In this document: positions 1 through 10,839 of the stretch, one piece after another
Numbering within the stretch: the stretch's first letter is position 1
Layout of the letters: each line of letters begins with the position of its first letter
Assembly (NCBI GenBank): GCA_002454335.1
Contig: DKIP01000020.1
Span: forward strand, 22,101 to 86,100
Length of the DNA stretch: 64,000 bases
Source: Cytophagaceae bacterium UBA6715
GTDB taxonomy: Bacteria > Bacteroidota > Bacteroidia > Cytophagales > Spirosomataceae
Direction: 5' to 3'
The notes under the pieces: model-generated
Seen by the model: only the letters and a program-made list of their open reading frames with translations
What the model was told of the DNA's origin: nothing
The model's database searches: none
Position numbers and translations under genes: made by a program

Positions 1-1
1 G

Positions 2-2641
2 CAGGATGATTATTTGGAGCATTTGACCATGGAAGGCGCGAAAAAGCGCTATGTGGATATCGATCAGGTGGTTGAGGAACGTCTTCGCTTTGAATTGTAT
101 ACCATTCGGACCATGGGTTTTGCAGGTTACTTTTTGATTGTAGCCGACTTTATTCAAGCGGGCCGTGATCTTGGTGTTTATGTAGGGCCTGGTCGGGGAT
201 CTGCAGCAGGTTCAGTGGTAGCCTATTGTTTAGGGATTACGAACATTGATCCGATTAAATACAATCTTCTTTTTGAGCGTTTTTTAAATCCGGATCGTAA
301 GTCATTACCTGATATTGATACGGACTTTGATGATGAAGGCCGACAAAAAGTCATTGATTACGTCGTAGACAAATACGGAAAAAATCAAGTTGCACATATT
401 GCCACCTATGGTACAATGGCGGCTAAAATGTCCATTAAAGACGTTGCTCGAGTATTGGATTTGCCATTATCGGAATCAAATGCTTTAGCCAAATTAGTTC
501 CAGAAAAACCGAAAATTACGTTGGAGCGTATTTTTAATGCGCCTTTGAATGGTGATAAAAGTTTAGCTGATAAGGAAGGTTTGAATCCAGAGGAGATTGA
601 GCAAGTAAAACAATTGCGGCAAATTAAGGAATCAGGCGGATTACCTGCTACGGTGATTGAAAATGCTTTGGTTTTAGAGGGTTCTGTTCGAGGAACAGGA
701 ATTCATGCGGCAGGTATCATCATTGCACCGTCTGATTTAACAGATATTTTACCTGTAGCTGCCTCAAAAGATGTGGCCTTGTTGATTACACAATATGACG
801 GCTCTGTAATTGAAAATGCTGGAGTAATTAAGATGGACTTTTTGGGGTTAAAAACCCTATCCATTTTAAAGGAGGCAGTCCGTTTGATTAAGCAAAATCA
901 TGGCGTGGATATCGTATTAGATGATTTGCCTTTGGATGATAAGGCTACTTTCGAATTATACCAACGCGCAGAGACAAATGGGACGTTCCAATTTGAATCC
1001 CCGGGTATGCAAAAGCATTTACGTGACTTAAAGCCCGATCAATTTTCGGATTTAATTGCGATGAATGCTTTGTTCCGTCCTGGTCCAATGGTTTATATCC
1101 CGAATTACATTGCCCGTAAGCACGGTCGGGAAGCGATTGAATACGATTTGCCTGAGATGGAAGAGTATCTGAATGATACGTATGGTATTACGGTTTATCA
1201 AGAGCAAGTGATGTTGCTTTCGCAGAAATTGGCCAATTTCTCAAAAGGAGATGCCGATGTGTTGCGTAAAGCGATGGGAAAGAAAGATAAAGCGACGATT
1301 GATAAGATGAAAGGCAAGTTCATGGAAGGTGGACAAGCTAATAATCATCCTGCGCCGAAATTGGAAAAGATTTGGACCGACTGGGAAGCTTTTGCGCAAT
1401 ATGCCTTCAATAAATCTCACTCAACTTGTTATGGATTAGTTGCTTACCAAACAGGATATTTAAAGGCGAATTACCCGTCTGAGTTCATGGCGGCGGTACT
1501 TTCCAATTCATTGGGAAATATTGAAAAGATTACCTTCTTCATGGATGAATGTAAGCGCATGGGGATACCTTTGTTGGTTCCTGATGTGAACGAATCTTCT
1601 CGGACGTTTGCTGTTAATAAGAAGGGACACATTCGTTTTGGCTTAGGTGCCATCAAGGGTGTTGGTGATGCTGCCGTGGATGCTATTGTGGAGGAGCGCT
1701 CAAAAAATGGAGAATATAAGGATATTTACGATTTCGTATCTCGGATTAATGTTCGCCAAGTCAATAAAAAGAGCATGGAATCCTTGGCCCTAGCTGGGGC
1801 TTTTGATTGTTTCACTGAAGTGCAGCGTTCACATTATTTTGTAACTGAAGATGGCACGAGTTTTATAGATAAAATTGTCAGATATGCCTCACGCATGGCT
1901 GAATTAAAGGCGGAAGCCACGCAATCTCTGTTTGGAGATTTAGGTGCTGGTACAGGGAATGATATAGCCAAACCTCGATTACCTGTTTCTGAGACTTGGT
2001 CTGTGATGGAGCAATTGAAGAATGAAAAAGAAGTGGTTGGGGTCTATATTTCAGGTCATCCCTTGGATGAATACAAAGTGGAGATTCAAAATTTCACTAA
2101 TTCAACCGTATCACAACTGGATTCAAAACCTGGTGTGGTTCAATCCGTTGCAGGGATTGTAACGAAAGTCAATGTACGGACATCAGCGAATGGGAATCAG
2201 TTTATGATTTTTACTTTGGAGGATTATTCAGGTAATTATGAGTTTGCATTATTTGGCAAAGATTACATTGAGTTTGAACGATTTATAGGTCAAGATCGAA
2301 TGTTGTTTTTACAGGGTTCTTATCAGCAAAAAAATCGATATATGGAACAAATGGTCTTTAAGATTCAATCCATCGAATTATTGTCTGAGGTTTTGGAGGA
2401 GCGGACGAAAGAAATGAAGCTTTCTTTGCACTTGAAAAATTTGACGCCAGCGCTCATGAATAATCTATATGATGTCTTGGAGCGAAACAAAGGAAACAAG
2501 AAACTCGTTATAGAAGTGTTTGATGAAGAAGAGAAATTGCAAATGGACTTTTTGTCTCGTAAAATGCAAATCCGAATTGGAAAAACGTTAATCGCTGATT
2601 TAATCGACTTAGAAAAAGTAGGTTTCCGATTAATTTCATAA
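2..2641 (+). CDS. dnaE: DNA polymerase III alpha subunit, 5'-truncated by window edge
   Basis: Frame is open from base 2. Motifs GPGRGSAAGS, PDIDTDF, KMDFLGL, YAFNKSHS and a C-terminal OB fold. Confidence 0.97.
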   Translation, partial: QDDYLEHLTMEGAKKRYVDIDQVVEERLRFELYTIRTMGFAGYFLIVADFIQAGRDLGVYVGPGRGSAAGSVVAYCLGITNIDPIKYNLLFERFLNPDRKSLPDIDTDFDDEGRQKVIDYVVDKYGKNQVAHIATYGTMAAKMSIKDVARVLDLPLSESNALAKLVPEKPKITLERIFNAPLNGDKSLADKEGLNPEEIEQVKQLRQIKESGGLPATVIENALVLEGSVRGTGIHAAGIIIAPSDLTDILPVAASKDVALLITQYDGSVIENAGVIKMDFLGLKTLSILKEAVRLIKQNHGVDIVLDDLPLDDKATFELYQRAETNGTFQFESPGMQKHLRDLKPDQFSDLIAMNALFRPGPMVYIPNYIARKHGREAIEYDLPEMEEYLNDTYGITVYQEQVMLLSQKLANFSKGDADVLRKAMGKKDKATIDKMKGKFMEGGQANNHPAPKLEKIWTDWEAFAQYAFNKSHSTCYGLVAYQTGYLKANYPSEFMAAVLSNSLGNIEKITFFMDECKRMGIPLLVPDVNESSRTFAVNKKGHIRFGLGAIKGVGDAAVDAIVEERSKNGEYKDIYDFVSRINVRQVNKKSMESLALAGAFDCFTEVQRSHYFVTEDGTSFIDKIVRYASRMAELKAEATQSLFGDLGAGTGNDIAKPRLPVSETWSVMEQLKNEKEVVGVYISGHPLDEYKVEIQNFTNSTVSQLDSKPGVVQSVAGIVTKVNVRTSANGNQFMIFTLEDYSGNYEFALFGKDYIEFERFIGQDRMLFLQGSYQQKNRYMEQMVFKIQSIELLSEVLEERTKEMKLSLHLKNLTPALMNNLYDVLERNKGNKKLVIEVFDEEEKLQMDFLSRKMQIRIGKTLIADLIDLEKVGFRLIS

Positions 2642-2680
2642 ATAATTTGTTGGGAACTAATTCTTACAGTTGAAATGTTA

Positions 2681-2688
2681 TAATTTTG
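2681..2688 (+). promoter_or_regulatory. Bacteroidota primary-sigma -7 element (TAnnTTTG) for trxA
   Basis: TAATTTTG 21 nt upstream of the trxA ATG. Confidence 0.65.
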
Positions 2689-2709
2689 AATTTTAAAATA
2701 AACTAGAAA

Positions 2710-3033
2710 ATGGGAAAATACGTAGAGGCAACAGATGCCAACTTTCAAGAATTAATTAGTGGACCGACACCCGTATTAGTCGATTTTTGGGCTGAGTGGT
2801 GTGGACCTTGTAAAATGATTGGACCAATCGTAGAAGAGTTAGCGGGAGATGTAGAAGGACAAGCGGTTGTAGCTAAAATGAATGTAGATGCTAATTCAGC
2901 AGTACCTGCATCTTTGGGAATACGTTCAATTCCTACGTTGATGGTATTTAAGAATGGCGAAATGGTTGAGCGTTTAGTAGGTGGAAATATTCCAAAATCA
3001 GTTTTAGCTGAAACCTTGTTAAAGCACGCTTAA
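2710..3033 (+). CDS. trxA: Thioredoxin
   Basis: DFWAEWCGPC active site, SIPT cis-Pro motif, 107 aa. Confidence 0.96.
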   Translation: MGKYVEATDANFQELISGPTPVLVDFWAEWCGPCKMIGPIVEELAGDVEGQAVVAKMNVDANSAVPASLGIRSIPTLMVFKNGEMVERLVGGNIPKSVLAETLLKHA

Positions 3034-4233
3034 TTAACTTTTATAGACTTTATCCATGGCTTGTAACAAAATGTTGCAAGCCATTTTTATTTCCTCATTT
3101 GTGATGACCAATGGCGGTGCAATGCGTAAGGAGTTATCGCAAAAAAGGAACCAGTCGGTGATTAGGCCATTTAAAATGCATTCATCGATTACGGCCTTCA
3201 CCGTTTTGAAATCTTGCATTTCCACAGCAATCATCAATCCTACCCCTCTAAATTCTTTAATGATGGGATGGATCAATAATTCCTTAAACAATTGATGTTT
3301 TTCTTCTATTTTATCAAGTAGTTGATTTTTTTGAATGAAATTTAAGGTTGCGTAGGATGCTGCGCAGGAAACGGGATGACCACCAAACGTTGTAATATGG
3401 CCTAAAACGGGTGCATAAGATAGCGTTTGCATCAAGGACTCGTTGGCTATAAATGCGCCAATGGGCATGCCCCCTCCCATTCCTTTCGCACTTAATAGAA
3501 TATCTGGAATAATATCCATGGCTTGAAATGCCCAGAAAGTACCCGTTCTACCAAAACCCGTTTGAATTTCATCGAGCACCAATAAGCAACCAACTTCCGT
3601 ACATCTTGCTCTCAGGGCTTTAAAATAGGCCTTAGAAGCTGTTTTTATACCAGCCTCCCCTCCTACGATTTCAATGAATATGGCTGCTGTTTTTGTAGTT
3701 ATTTGATTTAAATCATCCCAATTTCCATGTTGAATATGCCGAATATCGGGTAAAAGCGGTCGGAAACTATTTTTGAAATGTTCGTCTCCAGCCAGCGATA
3801 AAGCCCCTTGTGTTGCGCCATGGTAGGCATTCTGGCATGAAATGATTTCTTGCCGTTTAGTATATCTTTTGGCCAATTTCATGGCCCCTTCTACAGCTTC
3901 AGTTCCAGAATTGGTGAAGTAAACCTGATTTAAGCTTTCTGTATTCGTTGATTTAGCCAAAGCTTCAGCAAGCAGTACTTGAGGACTTTGAATATATTCA
4001 CCATAAACCATAAGGTGCATGTATTGATCCAATTGGTCCTTGATGGCTTTTACAACTTCTGGATTACGGTGTCCAACATTCGAAACGGCTATACCTGATA
4101 TTAGATCAATGTATTTTTTACCTGCTGTATCTGTTAAATAAATATGTTCCGCCGAATTAATTTCCAATGCCAAAGGTGCATCAGAGGTAGGCGCCATGTG
4201 TTTTTGAAAGAGTTGTCGATGTGTAAATCCCAT
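3034..4233 (-). CDS. Class III PLP aminotransferase (acetylornithine/ornithine aminotransferase-like)
   Basis: Motifs NSGTEAVE, YHG, LDEIQTGFGRTG, SAKGMGGG (PLP Lys) and TTFGGHP. Confidence 0.88.
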   Translation of the reverse strand: MGFTHRQLFQKHMAPTSDAPLALEINSAEHIYLTDTAGKKYIDLISGIAVSNVGHRNPEVVKAIKDQLDQYMHLMVYGEYIQSPQVLLAEALAKSTNTESLNQVYFTNSGTEAVEGAMKLAKRYTKRQEIISCQNAYHGATQGALSLAGDEHFKNSFRPLLPDIRHIQHGNWDDLNQITTKTAAIFIEIVGGEAGIKTASKAYFKALRARCTEVGCLLVLDEIQTGFGRTGTFWAFQAMDIIPDILLSAKGMGGGMPIGAFIANESLMQTLSYAPVLGHITTFGGHPVSCAASYATLNFIQKNQLLDKIEEKHQLFKELLIHPIIKEFRGVGLMIAVEMQDFKTVKAVIDECILNGLITDWFLFCDNSLRIAPPLVITNEEIKMACNILLQAMDKVYKS

Positions 4234-4312
4234 ATCATTTCAAATTTACAGCCTTTTATTAAATTATCAGTTTTTAACATGGTGTATTCCTATAATCTTC
4301 GAATCTTGCGTC

Positions 4313-6892
4313 ATGAAACTACTGTTATTCCTCCTATTTTTTCCACTTGCCATTTTAGCTCAATCGTTGCAAGGTAGAGTCATTAATACACAGCAAGAGG
4401 CTTTGGCATTTACTTCCATTTGGTTGGAAAATACCAATCAAGGGACTTTGGCAAATGAAGATGGTCAATTTGAATTACAGCTAAAGTCGGGCAAAAATCG
4501 ATTAGTTTTTCGGCATGTTGGCTTTGCCCCTCGGACTATAGAAGTGGAATTATCCGGCTCTGAATCAAAGCGTGACTATGTTGTTCTGATGCAAGAGCAG
4601 GCAGTATCCCTAGAAGAAGTTAATATTCGTGCGCTGAAGGAAGATCCGGCTATAGGTATCATGCGAAGGATGATTTCGATGGCTCCATTTCACTTAAAAG
4701 AACTTAATGCTTATCAGGCCAAAGCATATATTAAAGGTAATGGGAAGATTAATTCTATTTCGAAGTTGGCCGATTTAGCTTTTGGAAAGCAATTGGAAAA
4801 AGATGCTGGAATCAAAGTAGGAAGAACCTATGTTTTAGAAGCGATTAATCAAGTAGATTATAAACGACCTAATCAGATTAAAGAGCGTGTTATTTCAAAT
4901 CGGAATAATTTACCCTTAGCGATGAAAACAGCTGATGCTCCAAATTTGCGGGCAACGCAGACTAATTTTTATATGCCAAAAGTTTGGGGAGCATTAATTT
5001 CACCTGTATCACCGGCAGCTTTTCAATTTTATACTTTTAGTTATTTAGGTAGTTTTTCGCAAGGAGGAAAGACGATAAGTAAGATACAAGTTCGACCTAA
5101 ATCCTTTTCAGTTGATCTTTTTGATGGAGAATTACTCGTTGTGGAGGATACTTGGAGTATATATTCCTTGCGGCTGAATTTCAAGAATGGAAATGGTAAT
5201 TTTGCGCTAAGCCAACAAAATGCTGAATTTCAGGGAGTTTGGATGCCTATTAATTATGAAATGCAGGCCAATATGCAAGCGCTCGGTTTAGGTTTCTCGG
5301 TCAATTATGTGACGCAAGTTAAATCTTATCAAATTCAAGTTAATCCTGGTTTTGTTGTTAAACCTCAGATTATTGAGGAGCGATTAGATAAATCCTTAGC
5401 CAAGGAGATTGATCGATCAAAGATCCAAGATGTTCAAAAAGCCTTTTCAGGAGAGATTACACGTAAAAAATTGAAACGTGTATTACAGAAAATTGCTAAA
5501 GAGGAGAAGAAATCAGATACATTGGCTATGAAGGGGATTAGTGCTGTATATGATATGCAAGTGGATTCGCTTGCTAATAAGAAGTCCATAGAATTTTGGA
5601 ATGAAGCTAGAGAAGTGCCTTTAACAGAAGCCGAATTAAGTGGGTTTAAAGAAGCCGATAGTTTATATGTTATTGAGCGAGCGAAAATGGTTGTCGACTC
5701 TATTAATGCTTTACCAAAGTTTAAGTTACAGCACCTTTTTTATGCTAAGAAATATAATTTTGAGAAAGCAGGAATTGGTAATTCCTTTATGATGAATATG
5801 CTTGGTTTTGGTTTGTCGCCCGTGGATGGGTACTATCTTGACAGGAACTTGAACTTTAACCGCCAGTTGAATACAACTGATTATTGGAAGATAGGCACCA
5901 ACATTCATGTTGGATTTCAGCGGAAAGCATTGAATGGGGATGTTTATTTTGATCGAAAATCGCATGATGGCCGAGCTTTATTTAATGTGGCTACGGGATC
6001 CCAATTAGCGAACCAAAGTGATGCAAAAACAATTACGAGCGCCTATAATTCGAGTACCTCCTTATTAACTTCTAAAAGCTATTTATATTGGTATCAAAAA
6101 GATTTTGTCCGTATTTTTTATGAATATCAAGTGCGAGCCTCATTGATTTTATCTGCACAAATTGAATACAGAAATAGAAGTATGTTATCAAATGTTGTTA
6201 AGCATGGTTGGTTTGGACTGGAGAATGAATTCAGGGAAAATGTTCCTATTTCAGATGAATTGAGTGATACTCGTTTTAAGACTCATAAGCAATGGAGTTT
6301 GGGTACATTCCTTACTTGGAAACCCGGGTCGACTTGGCGATTAATCAACCATGTTCGAAGAGAAGAGCGCACTGAGAATAATTTCACCTTAAAATTTAAT
6401 ACTCAAGTTGTTTTTGGAGATTATCCTTTTTCGTATGTCTCCATTCAAGCGGATCAATCATTCAATTTAGGTCGATTAGGTAGATTAGCTTATCAAGTTC
6501 GTTACCAAGATTATTTAACAAAGCCTAGTATCTACTTAGATTTTACCCACTTTAATGGAAGTGATATTAATTTCATTTCTAGTCAAGGCTATGTTTTTAG
6601 TACATTACCTATGTATACCTTTAGCACGAGTGGACAATCGCTTATTTTTCATCTGAAGTGGTCACCACGTAAGTTTTTACTGTCGCAACAAAACTCGATT
6701 TATTTATATGGTATACGCGAGTCTTTACGATTTAGTGCTCTTTATACTCAAAATCGAATGGGTAAAGATGGATTTTATGAGCTAGCTTATTCTACTCAAG
6801 GGATTTTTAGAAGTTTAGGATTGGAACTAGCGAAACCGGTTGGAAATTGGGTGCCCTCACAATGGAAAGTTTCATTAACCTTGCCATTCTAG
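4313..6892 (+). CDS. Secreted/outer-membrane protein, CarboxypepD_reg-like N-domain plus DUF5686-like body
   Basis: Signal peptide, 'GTLANEDGQFEL...FRHVGF' carboxypeptidase-regulatory-like domain, 'ISPVS...FYTFSYLG' DUF5686-like motif, C-terminal Phe. Confidence 0.75.
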   Translation: MKLLLFLLFFPLAILAQSLQGRVINTQQEALAFTSIWLENTNQGTLANEDGQFELQLKSGKNRLVFRHVGFAPRTIEVELSGSESKRDYVVLMQEQAVSLEEVNIRALKEDPAIGIMRRMISMAPFHLKELNAYQAKAYIKGNGKINSISKLADLAFGKQLEKDAGIKVGRTYVLEAINQVDYKRPNQIKERVISNRNNLPLAMKTADAPNLRATQTNFYMPKVWGALISPVSPAAFQFYTFSYLGSFSQGGKTISKIQVRPKSFSVDLFDGELLVVEDTWSIYSLRLNFKNGNGNFALSQQNAEFQGVWMPINYEMQANMQALGLGFSVNYVTQVKSYQIQVNPGFVVKPQIIEERLDKSLAKEIDRSKIQDVQKAFSGEITRKKLKRVLQKIAKEEKKSDTLAMKGISAVYDMQVDSLANKKSIEFWNEAREVPLTEAELSGFKEADSLYVIERAKMVVDSINALPKFKLQHLFYAKKYNFEKAGIGNSFMMNMLGFGLSPVDGYYLDRNLNFNRQLNTTDYWKIGTNIHVGFQRKALNGDVYFDRKSHDGRALFNVATGSQLANQSDAKTITSAYNSSTSLLTSKSYLYWYQKDFVRIFYEYQVRASLILSAQIEYRNRSMLSNVVKHGWFGLENEFRENVPISDELSDTRFKTHKQWSLGTFLTWKPGSTWRLINHVRREERTENNFTLKFNTQVVFGDYPFSYVSIQADQSFNLGRLGRLAYQVRYQDYLTKPSIYLDFTHFNGSDINFISSQGYVFSTLPMYTFSTSGQSLIFHLKWSPRKFLLSQQNSIYLYGIRESLRFSALYTQNRMGKDGFYELAYSTQGIFRSLGLELAKPVGNWVPSQWKVSLTLPF

Positions 6893-6958
6893 TTGGAAAT
6901 CTGCTCCAAATTCCATTAATTGTGCTAAATTTTTTTGAAATAATCTAAATCTTTATTT

Positions 6959-9139
6959 ATGAATCAAATTGTTTACTTAGTTCCTGCGTTTGGAATTGTA
7001 GGATTGCTGTATACAGCATGGAAATTTAGTTGGGTGTCTAAACAAGATGCAGGAAATGACAAGATGCAGGAGCTATCCGGTTACATTGCTGATGGAGCTA
7101 TTGCCTTCTTAAAAGCAGAGTGGAAAATCTTAGCTTATTTTGCTATTCCGACCGCTATTTTGTTAGCTTGGTTGGGGACCCAAACAGGTTCAATGGATAA
7201 TCCTATCCATTCATCACCTCTAATAGCGGTAGCTTTTATCATTGGTGCGATTTTTTCAGCAACAGCTGGATACATCGGAATGATTGTAGCAACGAAAGCC
7301 AATGTTCGTACGGCGGAAGCCGCTCGTACTTCATTAGCTAAGGCCTTGAACGTATCTTTTACGGGAGGTTCAGTGATGGGTATGGGAGTTGCTGGTTTGG
7401 CAATTTTAGGTCTTGGTGGCTTGTTTATTGCGTTTTATCAATTATTTGCTGAAGGTCAAGCGTTGACTTCTGTTGAAATGAAAACGGCTATTGAAGTGTT
7501 AGCTGGGTTTTCTTTAGGAGCTGAATCGATTGCCTTATTTGCACGTGTGGGTGGTGGTATCTATACAAAAGCTGCTGACGTGGGTGCAGACTTAGTAGGT
7601 AAAGTAGAGGCTGGAATTCCAGAAGATGATGTTCGTAACCCTGCAACAATTGCAGATAACGTAGGAGATAACGTGGGTGACGTGGCTGGAATGGGTGCCG
7701 ATTTATTTGGTTCTTATGTGGCAACGATCCTTGCAACGATGGTATTAGGCCAAGAAATTGAAGTTTCGGATAACTATGGAGGATTCTCTCCTGTCCTATT
7801 GCCTATGTTGATTGCTGGAGTAGGATTAATCGCTTCCTTGGTATCTACATTCTTCGTTCGAATTTCGAAAGAAACAGATTCAGTACAGAATGCCTTGAAT
7901 TTAGGTAACTATACTTCGATTGCAATCACTTTTGTTACCTCTTATTTCTTGGTGACAAATATTTTACCTGAAAGTCTAAGCCTTCGTGGTACAACATTTA
8001 CCGCGATGGATGTGTTCTTCGCGATTATTGTTGGATTAGTTGTGGGAACTTTGATGTCAATTATCACGGAATATTACACTGCCATGGGTAAACGTCCGGT
8101 GGATTCGATCGTACAAAAATCAGGTACAGGTCATGCGACAAATATCATCGGTGGTTTAGCGGTAGGAATGGAATCAACGGTATTGCCAATCTTGGTATTA
8201 GCAGCGGGTATCATTGCATCTTATTACTTTGCAGGTATCTATGGTGTTTCTATCGCTGCGGCAGGTATGATGGCAACAACTGCTATGCAATTAGCGATTG
8301 ATGCATTTGGTCCAATTGCGGATAACGCAGGTGGTATCGCTGAGATGTCACAATTGCCTTCTGAGGTGCGTGACCGTACAGATAATTTGGATGCTGTAGG
8401 TAATACGACCGCTGCAACGGGTAAAGGATTTGCTATTGCTTCGGCGGCGTTGACTTCTTTAGCTTTATTTGCTGCGTTTGTTGGTATTGCTGGTATTGAT
8501 GCGATTGATATCTATAAAGCGGATGTTTTGGCAGGATTATTCGTGGGAGGAATGATTCCATTTATTTTCTCTGCATTATGTATTTCTGCGGTGGGTAAGG
8601 CAGCGATGGAAATGGTGAACGAGGTTCGTCGTCAATTCCGTGAAATTCCTGGAATTATGGAATACAAGGCAAAGCCAGAGTATGAAAAATGTGTGGCTAT
8701 CTCGACTGAAGCCTCTATTCGTCAAATGATCCTTCCCGGTGCGATTGCTTTAATCGTTCCTGTGATTGTTGGCTTTACGATGGGACCTGAAGTATTAGGT
8801 GGATTATTAGCCGGTGTAACGGTATCTGGCGTATTGATGGGAATTTTCCAATCAAACGCAGGTGGTGCTTGGGATAATGCGAAGAAATCGTTTGAGAAAG
8901 GTGTATTGATTGATGGTCAAACATTCAAGAAAGGTTCAGAGCCTCATAAAGCAGCTGTAACGGGAGACACGGTTGGTGATCCATTCAAAGACACCTCAGG
9001 TCCATCGATGAACATCTTGATTAAATTGATGTCGATTGTATCCTTAGTTATTGCGCCTTACATTCATTCAGGTAACAGCGCTGCGCATTCGAGTGTAAAA
9101 TCGCCAGCTCCTATCGTTAAGATGGTAGCTAAGCGTTAA
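6959..9139 (+). CDS. hppA: Membrane-bound ion-translocating pyrophosphatase, K+-dependent, probably H+-pumping
   Basis: [35 protein letters not shown] and [10 protein letters not shown] motifs; many TM helices. Confidence 0.95.
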   Translation: MNQIVYLVPAFGIVGLLYTAWKFSWVSKQDAGNDKMQELSGYIADGAIAFLKAEWKILAYFAIPTAILLAWLGTQTGSMDNPIHSSPLIAVAFIIGAIFSATAGYIGMIVATKANVRTAEAARTSLAKALNVSFTGGSVMGMGVAGLAILGLGGLFIAFYQLFAEGQALTSVEMKTAIEVLAGFSLGAESIALFARVGGGIYTKAADVGADLVGKVEAGIPEDDVRNPATIADNVGDNVGDVAGMGADLFGSYVATILATMVLGQEIEVSDNYGGFSPVLLPMLIAGVGLIASLVSTFFVRISKETDSVQNALNLGNYTSIAITFVTSYFLVTNILPESLSLRGTTFTAMDVFFAIIVGLVVGTLMSIITEYYTAMGKRPVDSIVQKSGTGHATNIIGGLAVGMESTVLPILVLAAGIIASYYFAGIYGVSIAAAGMMATTAMQLAIDAFGPIADNAGGIAEMSQLPSEVRDRTDNLDAVGNTTAATGKGFAIASAALTSLALFAAFVGIAGIDAIDIYKADVLAGLFVGGMIPFIFSALCISAVGKAAMEMVNEVRRQFREIPGIMEYKAKPEYEKCVAISTEASIRQMILPGAIALIVPVIVGFTMGPEVLGGLLAGVTVSGVLMGIFQSNAGGAWDNAKKSFEKGVLIDGQTFKKGSEPHKAAVTGDTVGDPFKDTSGPSMNILIKLMSIVSLVIAPYIHSGNSAAHSSVKSPAPIVKMVAKR

Positions 9140-9148
9140 TTGATTATA

Positions 9149-9174
9149 AGCGATTCTCGTATTAGGGAATCGCT
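9149..9174 (+). other. Stem-loop just downstream of hppA stop
   Basis: AGCGATTCTC-gtatta-GGGAATCGCT, 10-bp stem with one G.U pair. Confidence 0.5.
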
Positions 9175-9180
9175 AATTAT

Positions 9181-9218
9181 AAAAAAAAGCCCTTCGTCGA
9201 TTGACGAAGGGCTTTTTT
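9181..9218. terminator. Bidirectional intrinsic terminator between hppA and rplY
   Basis: AAAAAAGCCCTTCGTC-gatt-GACGAAGGGCTTTTTT, perfect inverted repeat with A/T tails. Confidence 0.9.
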
Positions 9219-9244
9219 AGTTCTATCAGAAACTCCGGAGGGAA

Positions 9245-9811
9245 TTAAGCGGTTAATTTACCTCTTAATGCTCTTGGGATATCGATTGTTGCAACTGGGT
9301 TAGAAGCTGGGTTTAAGATTTCGCAACCTTCAACTTTCAACTTGTTAACTTTTACCGTTTGACCTAAATCAAGGCCAGAGATATCTGCAGTAACAAAATC
9401 AGGAATGTTTGCTACTAAACCACGCAAAGATACTTTACGTAATTTTTGCACCATTTTACCCCCTTTAATAACGCCTGGAGAGTTTCCAATGATTTTAACC
9501 GGAACGTCAATTTTGATAGGCTTATCAGCAGTGATTTCTAAGAAATCAACGTGAAGAATCATTTCATTTACTGGGTGAAACTGAGCATCTTGCAAGATAG
9601 CACGGTGAATATCACCCTCAATGTTCAATTCTACTTCGTAAACATCTGAAGAATATAATAATTCGCGGAACAAGATCATTGGAACAGCGAAATGCAATTG
9701 CTCTTTACCACCATATAATACACATGGAGCTAATGCTTCTGCACGTAAATCTTTTGAACCTTTTGTACCTAGTGTAGCGCGTTTATACCCTACGATTTCT
9801 AACTTTTTCAT
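9245..9811 (-). CDS. rplY: 50S ribosomal protein L25/general stress protein Ctc
   Basis: PCVLYG and QFHPV..ILHVDF motifs plus a Ctc C-domain. Start reassigned to the ATG at 9811 (MKKLEIVGY) because the longer ORF overlaps prs. Confidence 0.93.
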   Translation of the reverse strand: MKKLEIVGYKRATLGTKGSKDLRAEALAPCVLYGGKEQLHFAVPMILFRELLYSSDVYEVELNIEGDIHRAILQDAQFHPVNEMILHVDFLEITADKPIKIDVPVKIIGNSPGVIKGGKMVQKLRKVSLRGLVANIPDFVTADISGLDLGQTVKVNKLKVEGCEILNPASNPVATIDIPRALRGKLTA

Positions 9812-9872
9812 TTTGTTTTTGTTAGTGTTTCCAGTCTTTCGCTCGAAGGCTATCCCCTGAAAACGGTTGAAA

Positions 9873-10814
9873 TTAATATTTAATAAATAATGAACTGATA
9901 GACTCGTGATCACGGATACGACCGATTGCCTTCGCAAATAACTCAGCAACTGATAATACCTTAATTTTGTCGCATGCTTGTTTTTGAGGAATCGTATCGG
10001 TCACCAATAACTCAGTCAACACTGAATTAGAAATGTTCTCATACGCCTTTCCAGATAAAACTGGGTGAGTTACCACCGCACGAACAGAATTTGCACCCTT
10101 ATCCATTAATAATTGAGCGGCTTTACACAAGGTACCACCGGTGTCAATTAAGTCATCGACTAAGACTACATCTGCGCCTTTCACATCACCAATTAATTGC
10201 ATGGAAGCAATTTCATTAGCACGTTTCCGGTGCTTATCGCAAATAACCATTTCCGCATTGAAGAATTTGGCCATGTTACGCGTACGTACTACACCTCCCA
10301 CATCTGGAGAAGCGAATACGATGTTTTGTAAATTCAATGATTTCAAATAAGGAACAAAAATGGCGTTTCCTTCCAAGTGATCTACTGGAAAATCCATGAA
10401 TCCTTGAATCTGACCTGCATGTAAGTCAATCGTCATTAAACGATCCGCTCCAGCAGCTGTCAATAAATTGCCAATCAATTTTGCTCCAATACCCACACGC
10501 GGACGATCTTTACGATCTTGACGTGAGTAACCAAAATAAGGAATAACTGCAGTCACATAGTGTGCAGAAGCTCTTCTTGCCGCATCAATCATCAGTAACA
10601 ATTCCATCAAGTTATCAGCCGTGGGAAATGTTGATTGAATAATAAATACATCACAGCCGCGAACTGATTCATCAAAACTCGGTGACATTTCACCATCTGA
10701 GAATCGTAATGTGGTAACAGCTCCTAAATCTTTTCCATAATATTTGGCGATTTCTTTTGCCAAATAATTAGAAGCCGAACCTGAGAAAATTTTAACTGCG
10801 TTAATCGCTGCCAT
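9873..10814 (-). CDS. prs: Ribose-phosphate pyrophosphokinase
   Basis: RFSDGE, PYFGYSRQDRK, DLHAGQIQGF and VDDLIDTGGT motifs. Confidence 0.97.
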   Translation of the reverse strand: MAAINAVKIFSGSASNYLAKEIAKYYGKDLGAVTTLRFSDGEMSPSFDESVRGCDVFIIQSTFPTADNLMELLLMIDAARRASAHYVTAVIPYFGYSRQDRKDRPRVGIGAKLIGNLLTAAGADRLMTIDLHAGQIQGFMDFPVDHLEGNAIFVPYLKSLNLQNIVFASPDVGGVVRTRNMAKFFNAEMVICDKHRKRANEIASMQLIGDVKGADVVLVDDLIDTGGTLCKAAQLLMDKGANSVRAVVTHPVLSGKAYENISNSVLTELLVTDTIPQKQACDKIKVLSVAELFAKAIGRIRDHESISSLFIKY

Positions 10815-10839
10815 GTTGTTTGTTAAGGGCTTAATTATA

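Noticed and set aside
1385-1440. Possible intein or split at the classic DnaE insertion site
   Set aside because: The sequence reads continuously FAQYAFNKSHS with no insertion.
9812-9949. N-terminal extension of L25 in the ORF track
   Set aside because: It overlaps prs and the structured spacer; L25 homology starts at MKKLEIVGY (9811).
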